Shown piece by piece: positions 46,074 through 57,628 of a stretch of 64,000 nucleotides of DNA. Source of the DNA: Polyangiales bacterium. Its GTDB lineage: Bacteria > Myxococcota_A > Polyangia > Polyangiales > Ga0077539. Every line of letters begins with the position of its first letter. The stretch's first letter is position 1. The stretch lies in the NCBI GenBank assembly GCA_046351555.1, contig JAXLYI010000006.1, positions 58,284 to 122,283 on the forward strand, written 5' to 3'. A program made the position numbers and the translations under genes. A model generated the notes under the pieces. It was not told the origin of the DNA, did not search any database, and saw only the letters and a program-made list of their open reading frames with translations.

Positions 46074-47705
46074 ATGCTGTCCGCGCGAGTCGAGGTCCCG
46101 CCGCCCGTCAACGAGCCCGTCCTCTCCTACGCGCCGGGGTCGCCCGAGCGGGCGAAGCTCCAGGCCGCCCTGCGCGACCTCGCCGCGCGCGAGGTCGACG
46201 TGCCGATGTTCATCGACGGGCGCGAGGTTCGAACGGGGAAGACGCACGCCATCCGCGCGCCCCACCGGCACGCGCAGACGCTCGGCGCGTGGCACGCGGG
46301 CGACGCGTCGCACGTGGGCGCGGCGATCGACGCTTCCCTCGCGGCGCGGCCGGCGTGGGCGTCGATGCCGTGGGAGGCGCGGGCGGCGGTGTTCCTGAAG
46401 GCGGCGGAGCTGCTGGCGGGCAAGCACCGGCAGGCGCTCAACGCCGCGACGATGCACGGGCAGTCGAAGACGGCGCACCAGGCCGAGATCGACGCCGCGT
46501 GCGAGCTCATCGACTTCTGGCGCTACAACGCCCACTTCGCCCAGCGGCTCTACAGCGACCAGCCCGTCAGCTCGCCGGGCGTGTGGAACCTCTCCGACCT
46601 CCGCCCCCTGGAGGGCTTCGTCCTCGCCGTCACGCCCTTCAACTTCACCTCCATCGCCGGCAACCTCCCGACCGCGCCCGCCCTCATGGGCAACACCGTC
46701 GTGTGGAAGCCCAGCGCCACCGCGATGTACTCCGCGTGGTTCGTGATGGAGATCCTCCGCGAGGCGGGCCTGCCCGACGGCGTGATCAACCTCGTCGCGG
46801 GCGACCCCGGCGAGACCGTCGGCGCGGCCCTCGCCCACCCTGCCCTCGCGGGGCTCCACTTCACGGGCTCGACCGAGGTGTTCCGTTCGCTGTGGGGGAC
46901 GATCGGGGCCAACGTCGCGGCGGGGAAGTACCGCTCGTACCCGCGCGTGGTGGGCGAGACGGGCGGCAAGGACTTCATCTTCGCGCACCCGAGCGCCGAC
47001 CTCGACGCGCTCGCCGTCGCCGTCGTGCGCGGCGGCTACGAGTACCAGGGCCAGAAGTGCTCCGCGGCCTCCCGCCTGTACGTGCCGAGGAGCCTCTGGC
47101 CCACGCTGCGCGACCGCGTGCTCGGGATGCTCTCCGAGGTTCGAGTCGGCGACCCGACGGACTTCCAGCACTTCCTCGGCGCCGTCATCGACCGCCGCGC
47201 GTGGGCGCGCCTCTCCGGGCGCATCGCCGCCGCGCGCGCCGACGCCGGCTGCGAGGTGCTCGCCGGCGCCGCCGACGACCGCGAGGGCTTCTTCGTCGAG
47301 CCCGCGCTCGTCCGCGTCGACGACCCGAAGCACGCCCTGATGCGCGACGAGCTCTTCGGCCCGCTGGTGAGCGCCTTCGTCTACGACGACGCCCGCTACG
47401 ACGAGGCCCTGCGCCTCTGCGACGAGGGCTCGCCCTACGCGCTGACGGGCGCCTTCTTCGCGCGCGACCGCGGCGCCATCGTGCGCGCCGCCGACGCGCT
47501 GCGCGACGCCGCGGGCAACTTCTACGTCAACGACAAGCCCACGGGCGCGGTGGTGGGCCAGCAGCCCTTCGGCGGCGGGCGCGCGTCGGGCACCAACGAC
47601 AAGGCCGGCGCCGCGGGCAACCTCCTGCGCTGGGTCTCGGCGCGCTCGATCAAGGAGACCTTCGCGCCCCCCACCGACTGGCGCTACCCCTTCCTCGGGA
47701 AGTAA
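46074..47705 (+). CDS. pruA: L-glutamate gamma-semialdehyde (1-pyrroline-5-carboxylate) dehydrogenase, ALDH superfamily
   Basis: ALDH motifs are present (VTPFNFT, ..ETGGKDF.., catalytic Cys in EYQGQKCSAASR, C-terminal ..PFGGGRASGTN..). Length is 543 aa. The RocA/PruA type is inferred from overall similarity. Confidence 0.8.
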   Translation: MLSARVEVPPPVNEPVLSYAPGSPERAKLQAALRDLAAREVDVPMFIDGREVRTGKTHAIRAPHRHAQTLGAWHAGDASHVGAAIDASLAARPAWASMPWEARAAVFLKAAELLAGKHRQALNAATMHGQSKTAHQAEIDAACELIDFWRYNAHFAQRLYSDQPVSSPGVWNLSDLRPLEGFVLAVTPFNFTSIAGNLPTAPALMGNTVVWKPSATAMYSAWFVMEILREAGLPDGVINLVAGDPGETVGAALAHPALAGLHFTGSTEVFRSLWGTIGANVAAGKYRSYPRVVGETGGKDFIFAHPSADLDALAVAVVRGGYEYQGQKCSAASRLYVPRSLWPTLRDRVLGMLSEVRVGDPTDFQHFLGAVIDRRAWARLSGRIAAARADAGCEVLAGAADDREGFFVEPALVRVDDPKHALMRDELFGPLVSAFVYDDARYDEALRLCDEGSPYALTGAFFARDRGAIVRAADALRDAAGNFYVNDKPTGAVVGQQPFGGGRASGTNDKAGAAGNLLRWVSARSIKETFAPPTDWRYPFLGK

Positions 47706-47776
47706 CGAAACGCCGCGCGCATTGCGCCCGGCGGTTGCTTGACGCGGGGGCCGCGGGGCGGTTCTCCTCGCGCGCG

Positions 47777-49387
47777 ATGTCGAACCCGAAGTGGCCGCAG
47801 CAGCCCCCCTTCCCGCAGGACCCCAACGCACCCCCGTCGCCCTTCGGCGCGACGCAGCCGCAGCCGCCGGGCGGTGGCTTCGCCGCGACGCAGGCGATGG
47901 AGATCCCGCAGGGGGGCTTCCCGGGGATGCCGGGCGTCCCCGCGCCGGGCACGCCGCCGCCGGGCGGGTTCGGCGCGCCGCAGCAACAGCAGGGCGCGTT
48001 CGGTCCGCCGGGTGGCTTCGGGCAACCGCCGCAAGGTGGGTTCGGCGCGCCGTCGCAGCAGGGCGGGTTCGGGCAACCGCAGCAGGGTGGGTTCGGGCAA
48101 CCGCCGCAAGGCGGGTTCGGGCAGCCGTCGCAGCAGGGCGGCGCGTTCGGTCCGCCGCAAGGCGGGTTCGGGCAGCCGTCGCAGCAGGGTGGTTTCGGGC
48201 AGCCGCAGGGCGGGGCCTTCACGCCGACCGCGACGCCGTGGGGGGCCGCGCCGCAAGGGGGCAACTTCGGCCTGCCGCCGGCCAACATGCCGGCGCCGTC
48301 GTCAGGCGGGAAGGGCATCCTCGGCGTCGTCGGCATGGGCCTCGTCGTCGCGCTCGGCGTGTGCGTGAAGGTCGGCCTCCGCAGCGCCGTGCGCAGCGGC
48401 GTCCGCTCGCTCACGTCCAACTCCTCCACCCCGTCGCGCGTCCTCGGGGGCACCACCGCCACCACCCCGCGCACCAACCGCGCGCTGCTGCCCGACGAGC
48501 AGATCCAGGCGAAGCTCGACCCCTACGTCGACCACTGCCTCAACCGCTTCGCGCGCCAGGTGTTCGACGCCGAGGGGCGGTACCTCCAGTGGGTCGACCG
48601 CGCGCGCGGCCCCAGCGGGCGCGAGCGGATCGTCTACGGCATCTACACCGTCAGCGGCGAAACGAGCGAGTGCGCGACGGCCGTGACACGCGCGGCCGGG
48701 ATGCAGCCCTCGATGCCCGCGATCGAGGGCGCCGCGGTGCGCTTCTCCGCCGCGCTCAACGCGGTGGTGCCCCTCGTGCGGCAGGCCAACGCGTACTACA
48801 GCAACCGGCTCACCTACCAGGGCGACGGGATGGCGCAGGGGCGCCTCCTGCACCCGCAGCTCATCACGGCCTTCGACAACTTCACCGCGGCGCACCGGGC
48901 CTTCAGCGACGAGCTCGGCCGCCAGCAGGACGCCGCCACCGAGGCCTTCCTCGCCCGCGCCCGCAACGACCCGAACCAGGCGGTCGAGTACCACCTCAAG
49001 AACGACCAGCTCATGTCGCGCCGGATCATCCGACTCACGCGCGACTGGCGCGTGTCGAACCGCGGCGAGCTCTCGGGCATCGACCTCAACGAGCTCGCCC
49101 CGCAGGTGGCGCAGTACGAGCAGGGCCTCAACGCCCTCCAGCGCGAGGCGATCATGAACCCCCGGCAGGCGACGCGCATCGTCGGCCTCCCGGGCTACCA
49201 GGCGAGCTGCCGGTCGTACCTCATGCAGCTCCAGCGCCTCGTCGGGCGCCTGCAGAACGCCGAGCGCTTCAACCGCAACGAGCTGCGGATGATGTCGATG
49301 CGCTTCGGGTACACCGTGCTCGGCTCGCCCGAGGCGGTGAGCCGCGCCTACAACGAAGCCGTCAACGCCTACAACCGCCTGCGGTAG
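47777..49387 (+). CDS. membrane protein with an N-terminal prion-like Gly/Gln/Pro/Phe-rich repeat region (GGFGQPxQQ units), one TM helix, and a conserved C-terminal globular domain
   Basis: Start is MSNPKWPQQPPF. About 8 to 10 GGFG(Q/A)P repeats occur. The TM helix is ILGVVGMGLVVALGVCV. The C-terminal 330 aa are non-repetitive. Confidence 0.6.
   Translation: MSNPKWPQQPPFPQDPNAPPSPFGATQPQPPGGGFAATQAMEIPQGGFPGMPGVPAPGTPPPGGFGAPQQQQGAFGPPGGFGQPPQGGFGAPSQQGGFGQPQQGGFGQPPQGGFGQPSQQGGAFGPPQGGFGQPSQQGGFGQPQGGAFTPTATPWGAAPQGGNFGLPPANMPAPSSGGKGILGVVGMGLVVALGVCVKVGLRSAVRSGVRSLTSNSSTPSRVLGGTTATTPRTNRALLPDEQIQAKLDPYVDHCLNRFARQVFDAEGRYLQWVDRARGPSGRERIVYGIYTVSGETSECATAVTRAAGMQPSMPAIEGAAVRFSAALNAVVPLVRQANAYYSNRLTYQGDGMAQGRLLHPQLITAFDNFTAAHRAFSDELGRQQDAATEAFLARARNDPNQAVEYHLKNDQLMSRRIIRLTRDWRVSNRGELSGIDLNELAPQVAQYEQGLNALQREAIMNPRQATRIVGLPGYQASCRSYLMQLQRLVGRLQNAERFNRNELRMMSMRFGYTVLGSPEAVSRAYNEAVNAYNRLR
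47867..48257 (+). repeat. tandem ~30-bp coding repeats (cagcagggcgggttcgggcaaccg...) encoding GGFGQP(P/S)QQ
   Basis: Visible directly in the DNA and the translation. Confidence 0.7.
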
Positions 49388-49481
49388 CAGCGGTCGCGCC
49401 ACGGTTGACGTCCCGGCGAAACCGGGGCATGGGACCCCGTAGCGCCCGCGCGCGTCCGCGCGGATCACTCGGGGTCCTTCG

Positions 49482-52400
49482 ATGAACACCTTCCGCCTCC
49501 CGGGCGCCCTCGGCGCCGCAATCCTCGCCCTCCTCGCGCTCGCGCCCGGCTGCACGTCCGACCGGATCTCCCCCGGCCAGTGCGAGTTTGACCGCGACTG
49601 CTCGGGGGCGCAGCTCTGCGTCGACCACTACTGTCGCAACCCGTGCGCGACCGACGCCGACTGCCCCAACGGGCGCTGCGTCGCCACCGACACCCCGAAC
49701 GGCCGCGCCTGCCGGCCCAACGCCACCGGCGCGACGTCCTGCGCGCGCGACAGCGACTGCGAGCGCGGCCTCGCCTGCTTCGACGGCCGCTGCCTCGCCC
49801 AGTGCCGCCAGGACTACGACTGCCGCGTCACCAACCCCGACTCCTCGTGCGTGAGCGGCCGCTGCGTCGCCGCCTGCCCCGCCCAGCGCGGCGACTGCGA
49901 CGGCGACGCGTCCAACGGCTGCGAGACCGACCTGCGCACGGCCGTGCCCCACTGCGGCGCCTGCAACCGCGCGTGCCCGGCGACGAGCAACGGCTCGCCC
50001 CGCTGCGACAACGGCGCCTGCGCGGTCGCCTGCAACGCGGCCTTCGGCAACTGCGACCAGGCGCCCGCCAACGGCTGCGAGGCCCCGCTGATGACCGACC
50101 GGGGCAACTGCGGCGCCTGCGGGCGCGCCTGCCCCGAGGGGATGGTGTGCTCGGGCGGCGCGTGCGGGGTGGGCTGCACGGCGCCCGGCGAGCTGCGCTG
50201 CGGCGACCGCTGCGTCGCCGCGCAGACCGACGCGATGAACTGCGGCGCCTGCGGCAACGTCTGCCCCGCCGGCGCCCACGCAGCCCCCGCCTGCGCCGCC
50301 GGCCGCTGCGGCCTCACGTGCGACCGGGGCTTCGCCGACTGCGACATGAACCCCGCCAACGGCTGCGAGGCCGACCTCTCCACCGCCGAGAGCTGCGGCA
50401 TGTGCGGCCGCCGCTGCGCCGCCCCGACGCCGCGCTGCGTCGCGTCCGACGGGAGCTTCACCTGCTCGGCCGAGGCGTGCCCCTTCATGACGTGCGCCGG
50501 CGCCTGCGTCGACGCGCAGACCGACGTCGCCAACTGCGGCGCGTGCGGCAACCGCTGCCCCGCCGGCCCCGGGAGCGAGGCCCGCTGCGAGGGCGGCCGC
50601 TGCCTCCTCCGCTGCACCGACCCCATGCGCACCGCCGACTGCGACGGGCTCGCGCCCACCGGCTGCGAGTCGGTGCTCCCGACCGACCCGGCCAACTGCG
50701 GCGCCTGCGGCACGCGCTGCGCGGGCGGCGCCAACGCGTCGGCGTCGTGCGCGGCCGGCGCCTGCGGCCTCACCTGCAACGCGAGCTTCGGCAACTGCGA
50801 CGGGATGGCGGCCAACGGCTGCGAGACCGACACCCGCGCGGACGTCACGCACTGCGGACGCTGCGGCAACGCCTGCTCGGCGCCGTCCAACGCGACGGCC
50901 ACCTGCGCGGCGGGCGCGTGCGGCTTCGCCTGCGCCGCGGGCTACGCCGACTGCGACCGCGACGCCGCCGACGGCTGCGAGGTCAACACCGCCGCCGACC
51001 GCGCCAACTGCGGGGCGTGCGGCAACGCCTGCCCCGCCGGCCAGGTGTGCTCCGCCGGGCGCTGCACGACCGTGTGCGGCGCCGGCGAGATGAACTGCGG
51101 CGGCTCCTGCGCCAACCTCGCCTCGAGCACCTCGCACTGCGGCATGTGCAACCGCGCCTGCGCCTCGCCGCCCAACGCGACCCCGCGCTGCGTCGAGGGG
51201 GGCTGCTCGTTCACCTGCGCGGCCAACTTCGGCGACTGCGACCGCAACGCCGCCAACGGCTGCGAGACCAGCCTGCTCACCTCCGCCACCAGCTGCGGGT
51301 CGTGCGGCACGGCCTGCTCGCTGGCCAACGCGACCGCCGCCTGCAACGCCGGCGCGTGCGTCATCGCCTCGTGCAACGCGGGCTTCTTCGATTGCGACGG
51401 GGCGGCGGCCAACGGCTGCGAGGTCGACGGCCGGAGCGACCGGGCCAACTGCGGCGCCTGCCGCCGCGCCTGCGCGCTCGCCAACGCGACCGCGGCGTGC
51501 ACCGCCGGGGCCTGCGCCGTGGCCTCGTGCAACGCCGGCTACGCCGACTGCGACCGCGCCGCAGCCAACGGCTGCGAGGTCGACACCCGCACCAGCACTG
51601 CCCACTGCGGCGGCTGCGGCAACGCCTGCAGCGCCGTCGGCGGCGCCCCCTCGTGCGCGGCGGGCGCGTGCGGCATCGCCTGCGCCGCCGGCCGCGGCAA
51701 CTGCGACATGAACGTCGCCAATGGCTGCGAGGTCGCCACCGACGCCGACCCGCGCAACTGCGGCGCCTGCGGGCGCGCGTGCGCCCCGGCCAACGCGACG
51801 CCCGCCTGCGCGATGAGCGCGTGCGGCTACGGCTCGTGCAACGCGGGCTTCGCCGACTGCGACGGGGCGGCGGCCAACGGCTGCGAGGTCGACGCCCGGA
51901 CGAGCGTGGCCCACTGCGGGGCGTGCGGGCGCGCGTGCAGCCCGGCCAACGCGACGGCGTCATGCGCGGCCGGCGTCTGCGGCTACACCGCCTGCAACGC
52001 GGGCTTCGCCGACTGCGACGGCAACCGCGCCAACGGCTGCGAGGTCAACCTCAACGCCGACCCGCGCAACTGCGGCCGCTGCGGCAACGCATGCAACGCC
52101 ACCGGCGGCGCCGCCACCTGCGCCGCGGGCGTTTGTGGCATCACCTGCGCGGCCGGGCGCGGCGACTGCAACGCGAGCGCGGCCGACGGCTGCGAGGTCG
52201 ACACGACCGCCTCCGCGTCCAACTGCGGCCGCTGCGGCAACGCCTGCGCGCCGGCCAACGCGACGCCCGCCTGCGCGATGAGCACCTGCGGCTACGGCGC
52301 CTGCAACGCGGGCTTCGCCGACTGCGACGCCAACCGCGCCAACGGCTGCGAGGTGAACACCCAGACCTCCTCGTCCAACTGCGGCGCCTGCGGCCGCGCC

Positions 52401-54533
52401 TGCCCCTCGGGCCAGGTGTGCTCGGCCGGCGCCTGCACGCTGGTCTGCGGGACGGGCCTCACCAACTGCGCGGGCGTCTGCGTCAACACCCAGACCGACC
52501 CCGCCAACTGCGGCCGCTGCGCCAACGCCTGCGCCACGCCGGCCAACGCGTCGCGCACCTGCGCGGCGGGCGCCTGCGGGTTCGCCTGCAGCGCGGGCTT
52601 CGCTGACTGCAACGCGAGCGCGGCCGACGGCTGCGAGGCCAACACCCAGACCTCCACCGCCCACTGCGGGGGCTGCGGGCGCGCGTGCACCCCGGCCAAC
52701 GCGACGGCCTCGTGCGCGGCCGGCGCCTGCGGCTACACCGCCTGCAACGCGGGCTTCGCCGACTGCGACGGCGACCGCGCCAACGGCTGCGAGGTCGACG
52801 TGCGGACGAGCGTGCCCAACTGCGGCGCGTGCGGGCGCGCGTGCAGCCCGGCCAACGCGACCGCGGCGTGCAGCGCGGGCGCCTGCGGCTACACGGCCTG
52901 CAACGCGGGCTTCGCCGACTGCGACGGCAACCGCGCCAACGGCTGCGAGGTCAACCTCAACGCCGACCCCTCCAACTGCGGCCGCTGCGGCAACGCCTGC
53001 GCGCCGGCCAACGCGACCGCGGCGTGCAGCGCGGGCGCCTGCGGCTACACGGCCTGCAACGCGGGCTTCGGCGACTGCGACGGCGTCCGCGCCAACGGCT
53101 GCGAGGTCGACACGCAAAGCACCGTCGCCCACTGCGGCGGCTGCGGCCGCGCGTGCAGCGCCACCAACGGCACGCCGGCGTGCGCGGGGGGCAACTGCTC
53201 GATCACCTGCTCGTTCACCGGGACGGCCACGGTCGACCCGCCGGGCTTCCTCTACCGCACGCGCTGGGGCGATTGCGACGGCGACGCGCGGACCAACGGC
53301 TGCGAGACGAGCCTGCTCACCACCTCGGCCTGCCACGCCTGCGGGCGCGCCTGCTCCTTCCCCAACGCGGCCCCGACGTGCAGCCCGCAGTCGGCCACCC
53401 AGTGCGCCATCGCCTCGTGCAACGCGGGCTTCGCCGACTGCAACGCGGTGCAATCCGACGGCTGCGAGGTCGACACCGCCAACGACAACCTCAACTGCGG
53501 CGCCTGCGGCGCGCGGTGCCTCCGCTCCACCTGCCGCCAGTCGGCCTGCCGCCCCACCAACGACGCCTGCTCGGGGGCGACGCCGATCAACCTCGCGGGC
53601 GGGCGGCAGCTCTGGCTGTCGGGCAACACCACCAACGCGCTCCACGACATCGACCCGTCGTGCCGCGCGACCACCTCGCCCGACCTCTTCTACTCCTTCA
53701 CGCTGACGCAGCGCGAGCTCGTGTACGCCGACACCTTCGGCAACACCTCGGTCCCCGTGCCCGCGCCCTCCTACGACACCGTCCTCTTCTTCGCCAACTC
53801 CTGCACGACCTCGCTGCCGGCGGCCGCGCCGACGGGGATGTCGTACTGCAACGACGACGCGTCGAGCTACGGCGGCGAGTGCGCCGGCGAGGGCAACCGC
53901 TCGCAGGTGATGGCCGTGCTCGACCCGGGGACGTACTACCTCGTGCTCTCGGGCTACGGGGGGCAGTCGGGGACGGCGTCGATCAACTTCCAGCACCTGC
54001 CGGTGGGCAACCTCCCGGCCGTCTACGCGGGCGAGATGGGCATCGGGTCGTCGTACACCTTCCGCGGCGCCACCTCGGGCACGGGCGTGGTCGCGCCGTC
54101 GGTGTGCACGGCCAACGGGCCCGAGGTCACCTTCTGGTGGCGCCACTGCTCGTCGTTCACCCGCTACAACCTGGCGGCGAGCACCTGCAACGCGGGGTCG
54201 AACTACGACACCGTCGTCTACTACCGCAACGCCACCGGCTCGGCCGACCTCTGCAGCGACGACCTCCCCGCCTCCTCCTGCCCCACGTCGACCCTGCTGT
54301 CGTCGGTCTACACCCTCGTCACGTCGGGCGGCGGCCCTGGCATCCACGCCGTCACGGTCGACGGGTACGGCGCGGGCTCCGTCGGCAACTACGTGCTCAC
54401 GCTCTACGGCTCGGCGGTGATCGCCGGCCTCGACTTCGAGCGCGGCGTCTGCCGCCCGCGCGGCCCCCGCCTCCCGCCGCCCCCGCGCCGCCTCCGCGCG
54501 GCCCGCGATCCCCGCGGCGCCGCGGCGCTGTAG
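49482..54533 (+). CDS. giant (1683 aa) lipoprotein built of about two dozen tandem ~40-aa Cys-rich modules, followed by two PPC-like (pre-peptidase C-terminal-like) beta-sandwich domains
   Basis: The lipobox is LALAPGC. The module consensus is CG.CGNAC..ANAT..C.AG.CG..C.AGFADCD....NGCEV.. The C-terminal regions have DxD..Y.F.L....Y.L.LSGYGG..G patterns. The continuous ORF has high GC3. Confidence 0.8.
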   Translation: MNTFRLPGALGAAILALLALAPGCTSDRISPGQCEFDRDCSGAQLCVDHYCRNPCATDADCPNGRCVATDTPNGRACRPNATGATSCARDSDCERGLACFDGRCLAQCRQDYDCRVTNPDSSCVSGRCVAACPAQRGDCDGDASNGCETDLRTAVPHCGACNRACPATSNGSPRCDNGACAVACNAAFGNCDQAPANGCEAPLMTDRGNCGACGRACPEGMVCSGGACGVGCTAPGELRCGDRCVAAQTDAMNCGACGNVCPAGAHAAPACAAGRCGLTCDRGFADCDMNPANGCEADLSTAESCGMCGRRCAAPTPRCVASDGSFTCSAEACPFMTCAGACVDAQTDVANCGACGNRCPAGPGSEARCEGGRCLLRCTDPMRTADCDGLAPTGCESVLPTDPANCGACGTRCAGGANASASCAAGACGLTCNASFGNCDGMAANGCETDTRADVTHCGRCGNACSAPSNATATCAAGACGFACAAGYADCDRDAADGCEVNTAADRANCGACGNACPAGQVCSAGRCTTVCGAGEMNCGGSCANLASSTSHCGMCNRACASPPNATPRCVEGGCSFTCAANFGDCDRNAANGCETSLLTSATSCGSCGTACSLANATAACNAGACVIASCNAGFFDCDGAAANGCEVDGRSDRANCGACRRACALANATAACTAGACAVASCNAGYADCDRAAANGCEVDTRTSTAHCGGCGNACSAVGGAPSCAAGACGIACAAGRGNCDMNVANGCEVATDADPRNCGACGRACAPANATPACAMSACGYGSCNAGFADCDGAAANGCEVDARTSVAHCGACGRACSPANATASCAAGVCGYTACNAGFADCDGNRANGCEVNLNADPRNCGRCGNACNATGGAATCAAGVCGITCAAGRGDCNASAADGCEVDTTASASNCGRCGNACAPANATPACAMSTCGYGACNAGFADCDANRANGCEVNTQTSSSNCGACGRACPSGQVCSAGACTLVCGTGLTNCAGVCVNTQTDPANCGRCANACATPANASRTCAAGACGFACSAGFADCNASAADGCEANTQTSTAHCGGCGRACTPANATASCAAGACGYTACNAGFADCDGDRANGCEVDVRTSVPNCGACGRACSPANATAACSAGACGYTACNAGFADCDGNRANGCEVNLNADPSNCGRCGNACAPANATAACSAGACGYTACNAGFGDCDGVRANGCEVDTQSTVAHCGGCGRACSATNGTPACAGGNCSITCSFTGTATVDPPGFLYRTRWGDCDGDARTNGCETSLLTTSACHACGRACSFPNAAPTCSPQSATQCAIASCNAGFADCNAVQSDGCEVDTANDNLNCGACGARCLRSTCRQSACRPTNDACSGATPINLAGGRQLWLSGNTTNALHDIDPSCRATTSPDLFYSFTLTQRELVYADTFGNTSVPVPAPSYDTVLFFANSCTTSLPAAAPTGMSYCNDDASSYGGECAGEGNRSQVMAVLDPGTYYLVLSGYGGQSGTASINFQHLPVGNLPAVYAGEMGIGSSYTFRGATSGTGVVAPSVCTANGPEVTFWWRHCSSFTRYNLAASTCNAGSNYDTVVYYRNATGSADLCSDDLPASSCPTSTLLSSVYTLVTSGGGPGIHAVTVDGYGAGSVGNYVLTLYGSAVIAGLDFERGVCRPRGPRLPPPPRRLRAARDPRGAAAL
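49900..53350 (+). repeat. array of ~120-bp coding tandem repeats (Cys-rich modules) inside the giant lipoprotein gene
   Basis: The nucleotide motifs aactgcggcgcctgcgg and gccaacggctgcgaggtc recur. Protein periodicity is about 40 aa. Confidence 0.75.
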
Positions 54534-54550
54534 GGCGTTTGCGCGCTCGC

Positions 54551-54580
54551 TTGACCCCCGCGCGCGATCCCGCGTAGGTT
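54551..54580 (+). promoter_or_regulatory. candidate sigma-70-type promoter for hisS (TTGACC-N18-TAGGTT)
   Basis: Hexamers are at 54551..54556 and 54575..54580, about 14 nt upstream of the hisS ATG region. This is inference only. Confidence 0.3.
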
Positions 54581-54593
54581 CCGCGCCCGACCG

Positions 54594-55927
<1,334 letters not shown>

Positions 55928-55928
<1 letters not shown>

Positions 55929-57628
55929 TGCGTACCCACGCCACGGTGCTCGCGCTCCTCGGGGCGCTCGGGTTCGCCGCGCCCGCGTTCGCGCAGCAGG
56001 CCGACGCGCAGGTCGCCGCCGACGCGAGCGCCGCGGACGGGGGCGCCGCCCCGGAGGAAGCCCCGCAGGAGGCCGCACCGCAAGAGGCCGCACCGCAAGA
56101 AGGCACGCCGCCGGAAGCAGCGCCGACGCCGCAGGAGGCCGCCGCGCAGGAGGGGGCCGCGCAGGAGGCCGCGTCGCAGGGCGCGTCGACGCAGCGCCGG
56201 CCGCAGTCGCAGGCGCCGGCCCTCACCGCGGAGGCACGCGCCGAGCTCGGGAGCGCGCCGGGCGAGGTGGCGCCGCCCGCGGACGACGTGCGGCGGGTGC
56301 TGGTGCCGCCGCTGTTCCTGATGGAGCGCGGGCGCGACCGGGCGACGACCGCGGTGTTCCCGTTCTTCTTCCGCGACCGGCGCGGGGCCGCGGAGGGGAT
56401 CCTCGTCCCGCCGTACTACCGCTACCGCTCGCCGACGATGCAGGCCGACGCGGTGTTCCCGTTCTTCTTCCACTGGCGCGGCGCGCGCGAGGAGGGCGGC
56501 GACTGGAGCACGCTGGTGATCCCGCCGGTGTACTCGCACCGCTGGCAGGGCCGCGGGCAGTTGAACGGCCGCGCCTTCGGCGTCGCGCCGCTCTTCTTCT
56601 ACGGCGAGTCCTTCGGGGAGAACGGCGACCTCCTCAAGGAGCACCTGATCATCCCGCCGCTGCTCACGGTGCACACCTGGCGGCCCGAGCACGCCTTCAC
56701 CCTCGCGGGCCCGTTCTTCTACGACCGGCTGCGCGCCGACACCGACTGGGGCCTCGCGCCGATCGTGTTCGGCGGGTCGAGCCTCCACAGCAGCTACCTC
56801 TACATCCCGCCGCTGCTCACCTTCCACCGCGTCAACCGCGACGAGAACCGCTCGCTCACGGTGGTGGGGCCCTTCTGGCACACGCGCTCGCCCGACGCGG
56901 TGTCGTTCAACCTCGCGCCGATCTTCTTCCACCGCCACGACCGCACGTCGAGCCGCACGACCATCGCGCCGCTGCTCCACATCGACTCGGCGCCCGACCG
57001 CCGCACCGTCGTCACGCCGCTCTTCTACTGGGGCCGCCGCGGCGAGCAGTCGACCTTCGTGAGCTGGCTCTACCAGAACCACCGCGGCCCCACCGACTGG
57101 GACGCCGTCGCGCCCATCTTCTTCTCGTCGCGCGAGCGCGCCACCGGCGCCCACACCGAGGCCGTCCTCCCGCTCTTCTACCATCGCGCCACGCAGAACT
57201 CGCGGACGCTCTTCGTCCTCCCGCCGCTCTTCCACTACGAGCGCGAGGGGCGCGACTGGTTCTTCAACGCCTACCCCCTGCTCACCTTCGTCGGCAGCTC
57301 CGAGCAGCGCTCCCACACCGTCATCGGCCCGCTCTACGCGCGCTTCCAGAACCACCGCGAGCGCACCGACTTCATGATGGTGACCCCCATGTTCTGGCGC
57401 TACCAGACGCCCGAATCGAACACCATCGTCATCCCCCCGGTGCTCTGGATGGAGTCGCAGCGCCAGGGCGTCCGCTCGTACGAGTGGCACCTCCTCCCGC
57501 TCTTCTCCTACGCCCGCCCCCGCCCCGAAGACGTCTCGTGGAACGTCCTCTTCGGCTTCGTCGGCTACCGCCGCAGCGGCACCCACCGCCAGCTCCGACT
57601 CTTCTGGGCGCCCATCGACCTCGACTGA
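55928..57628 (+). CDS. secreted protein composed of about 20 degenerate ~20-aa repeats centred on (A/V/I)P(L/I/F)(F/L)(F/Y) motifs, with a Glu/Ala/Pro/Gln-rich N-terminal tether
   Basis: The ATG overlaps the hisS stop (TGATG). The signal peptide is MRTHATVLALLGALGFAAPAFAQ. Recurrent motifs are FPFFF, APLFF, IPPLL, GPFFY, APIFF, LPLFY and PPLFH. Confidence 0.65.

Noticed and set aside
45971-47776. First 602 codons of the 1138-aa ORF 45971..49387
   Set aside because: It is out of frame with pruA, which has clear ALDH motifs in frame 46074. The real downstream gene starts at MSNPKWPQQ (47777).
50000-53500. Recurrent N-A-T/S tripeptides at a fixed position of each Cys module as N-glycosylation sequons
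   Set aside because: The -2 position is Pro/Ala/Ser, not the Asp/Glu required by the known bacterial (Campylobacter-type) N-glycosylation sequon. More likely this is a structurally conserved Asn.
54430-54533. MYXO-CTERM-type sorting signal at the end of the giant protein
   Set aside because: The tail (..GVCRPRGPRLPPPPRRLRAARDPRGAAAL) lacks the Cys-containing hydrophobic helix plus basic cluster of MYXO-CTERM. No sortase or exosortase-type signal is evident.
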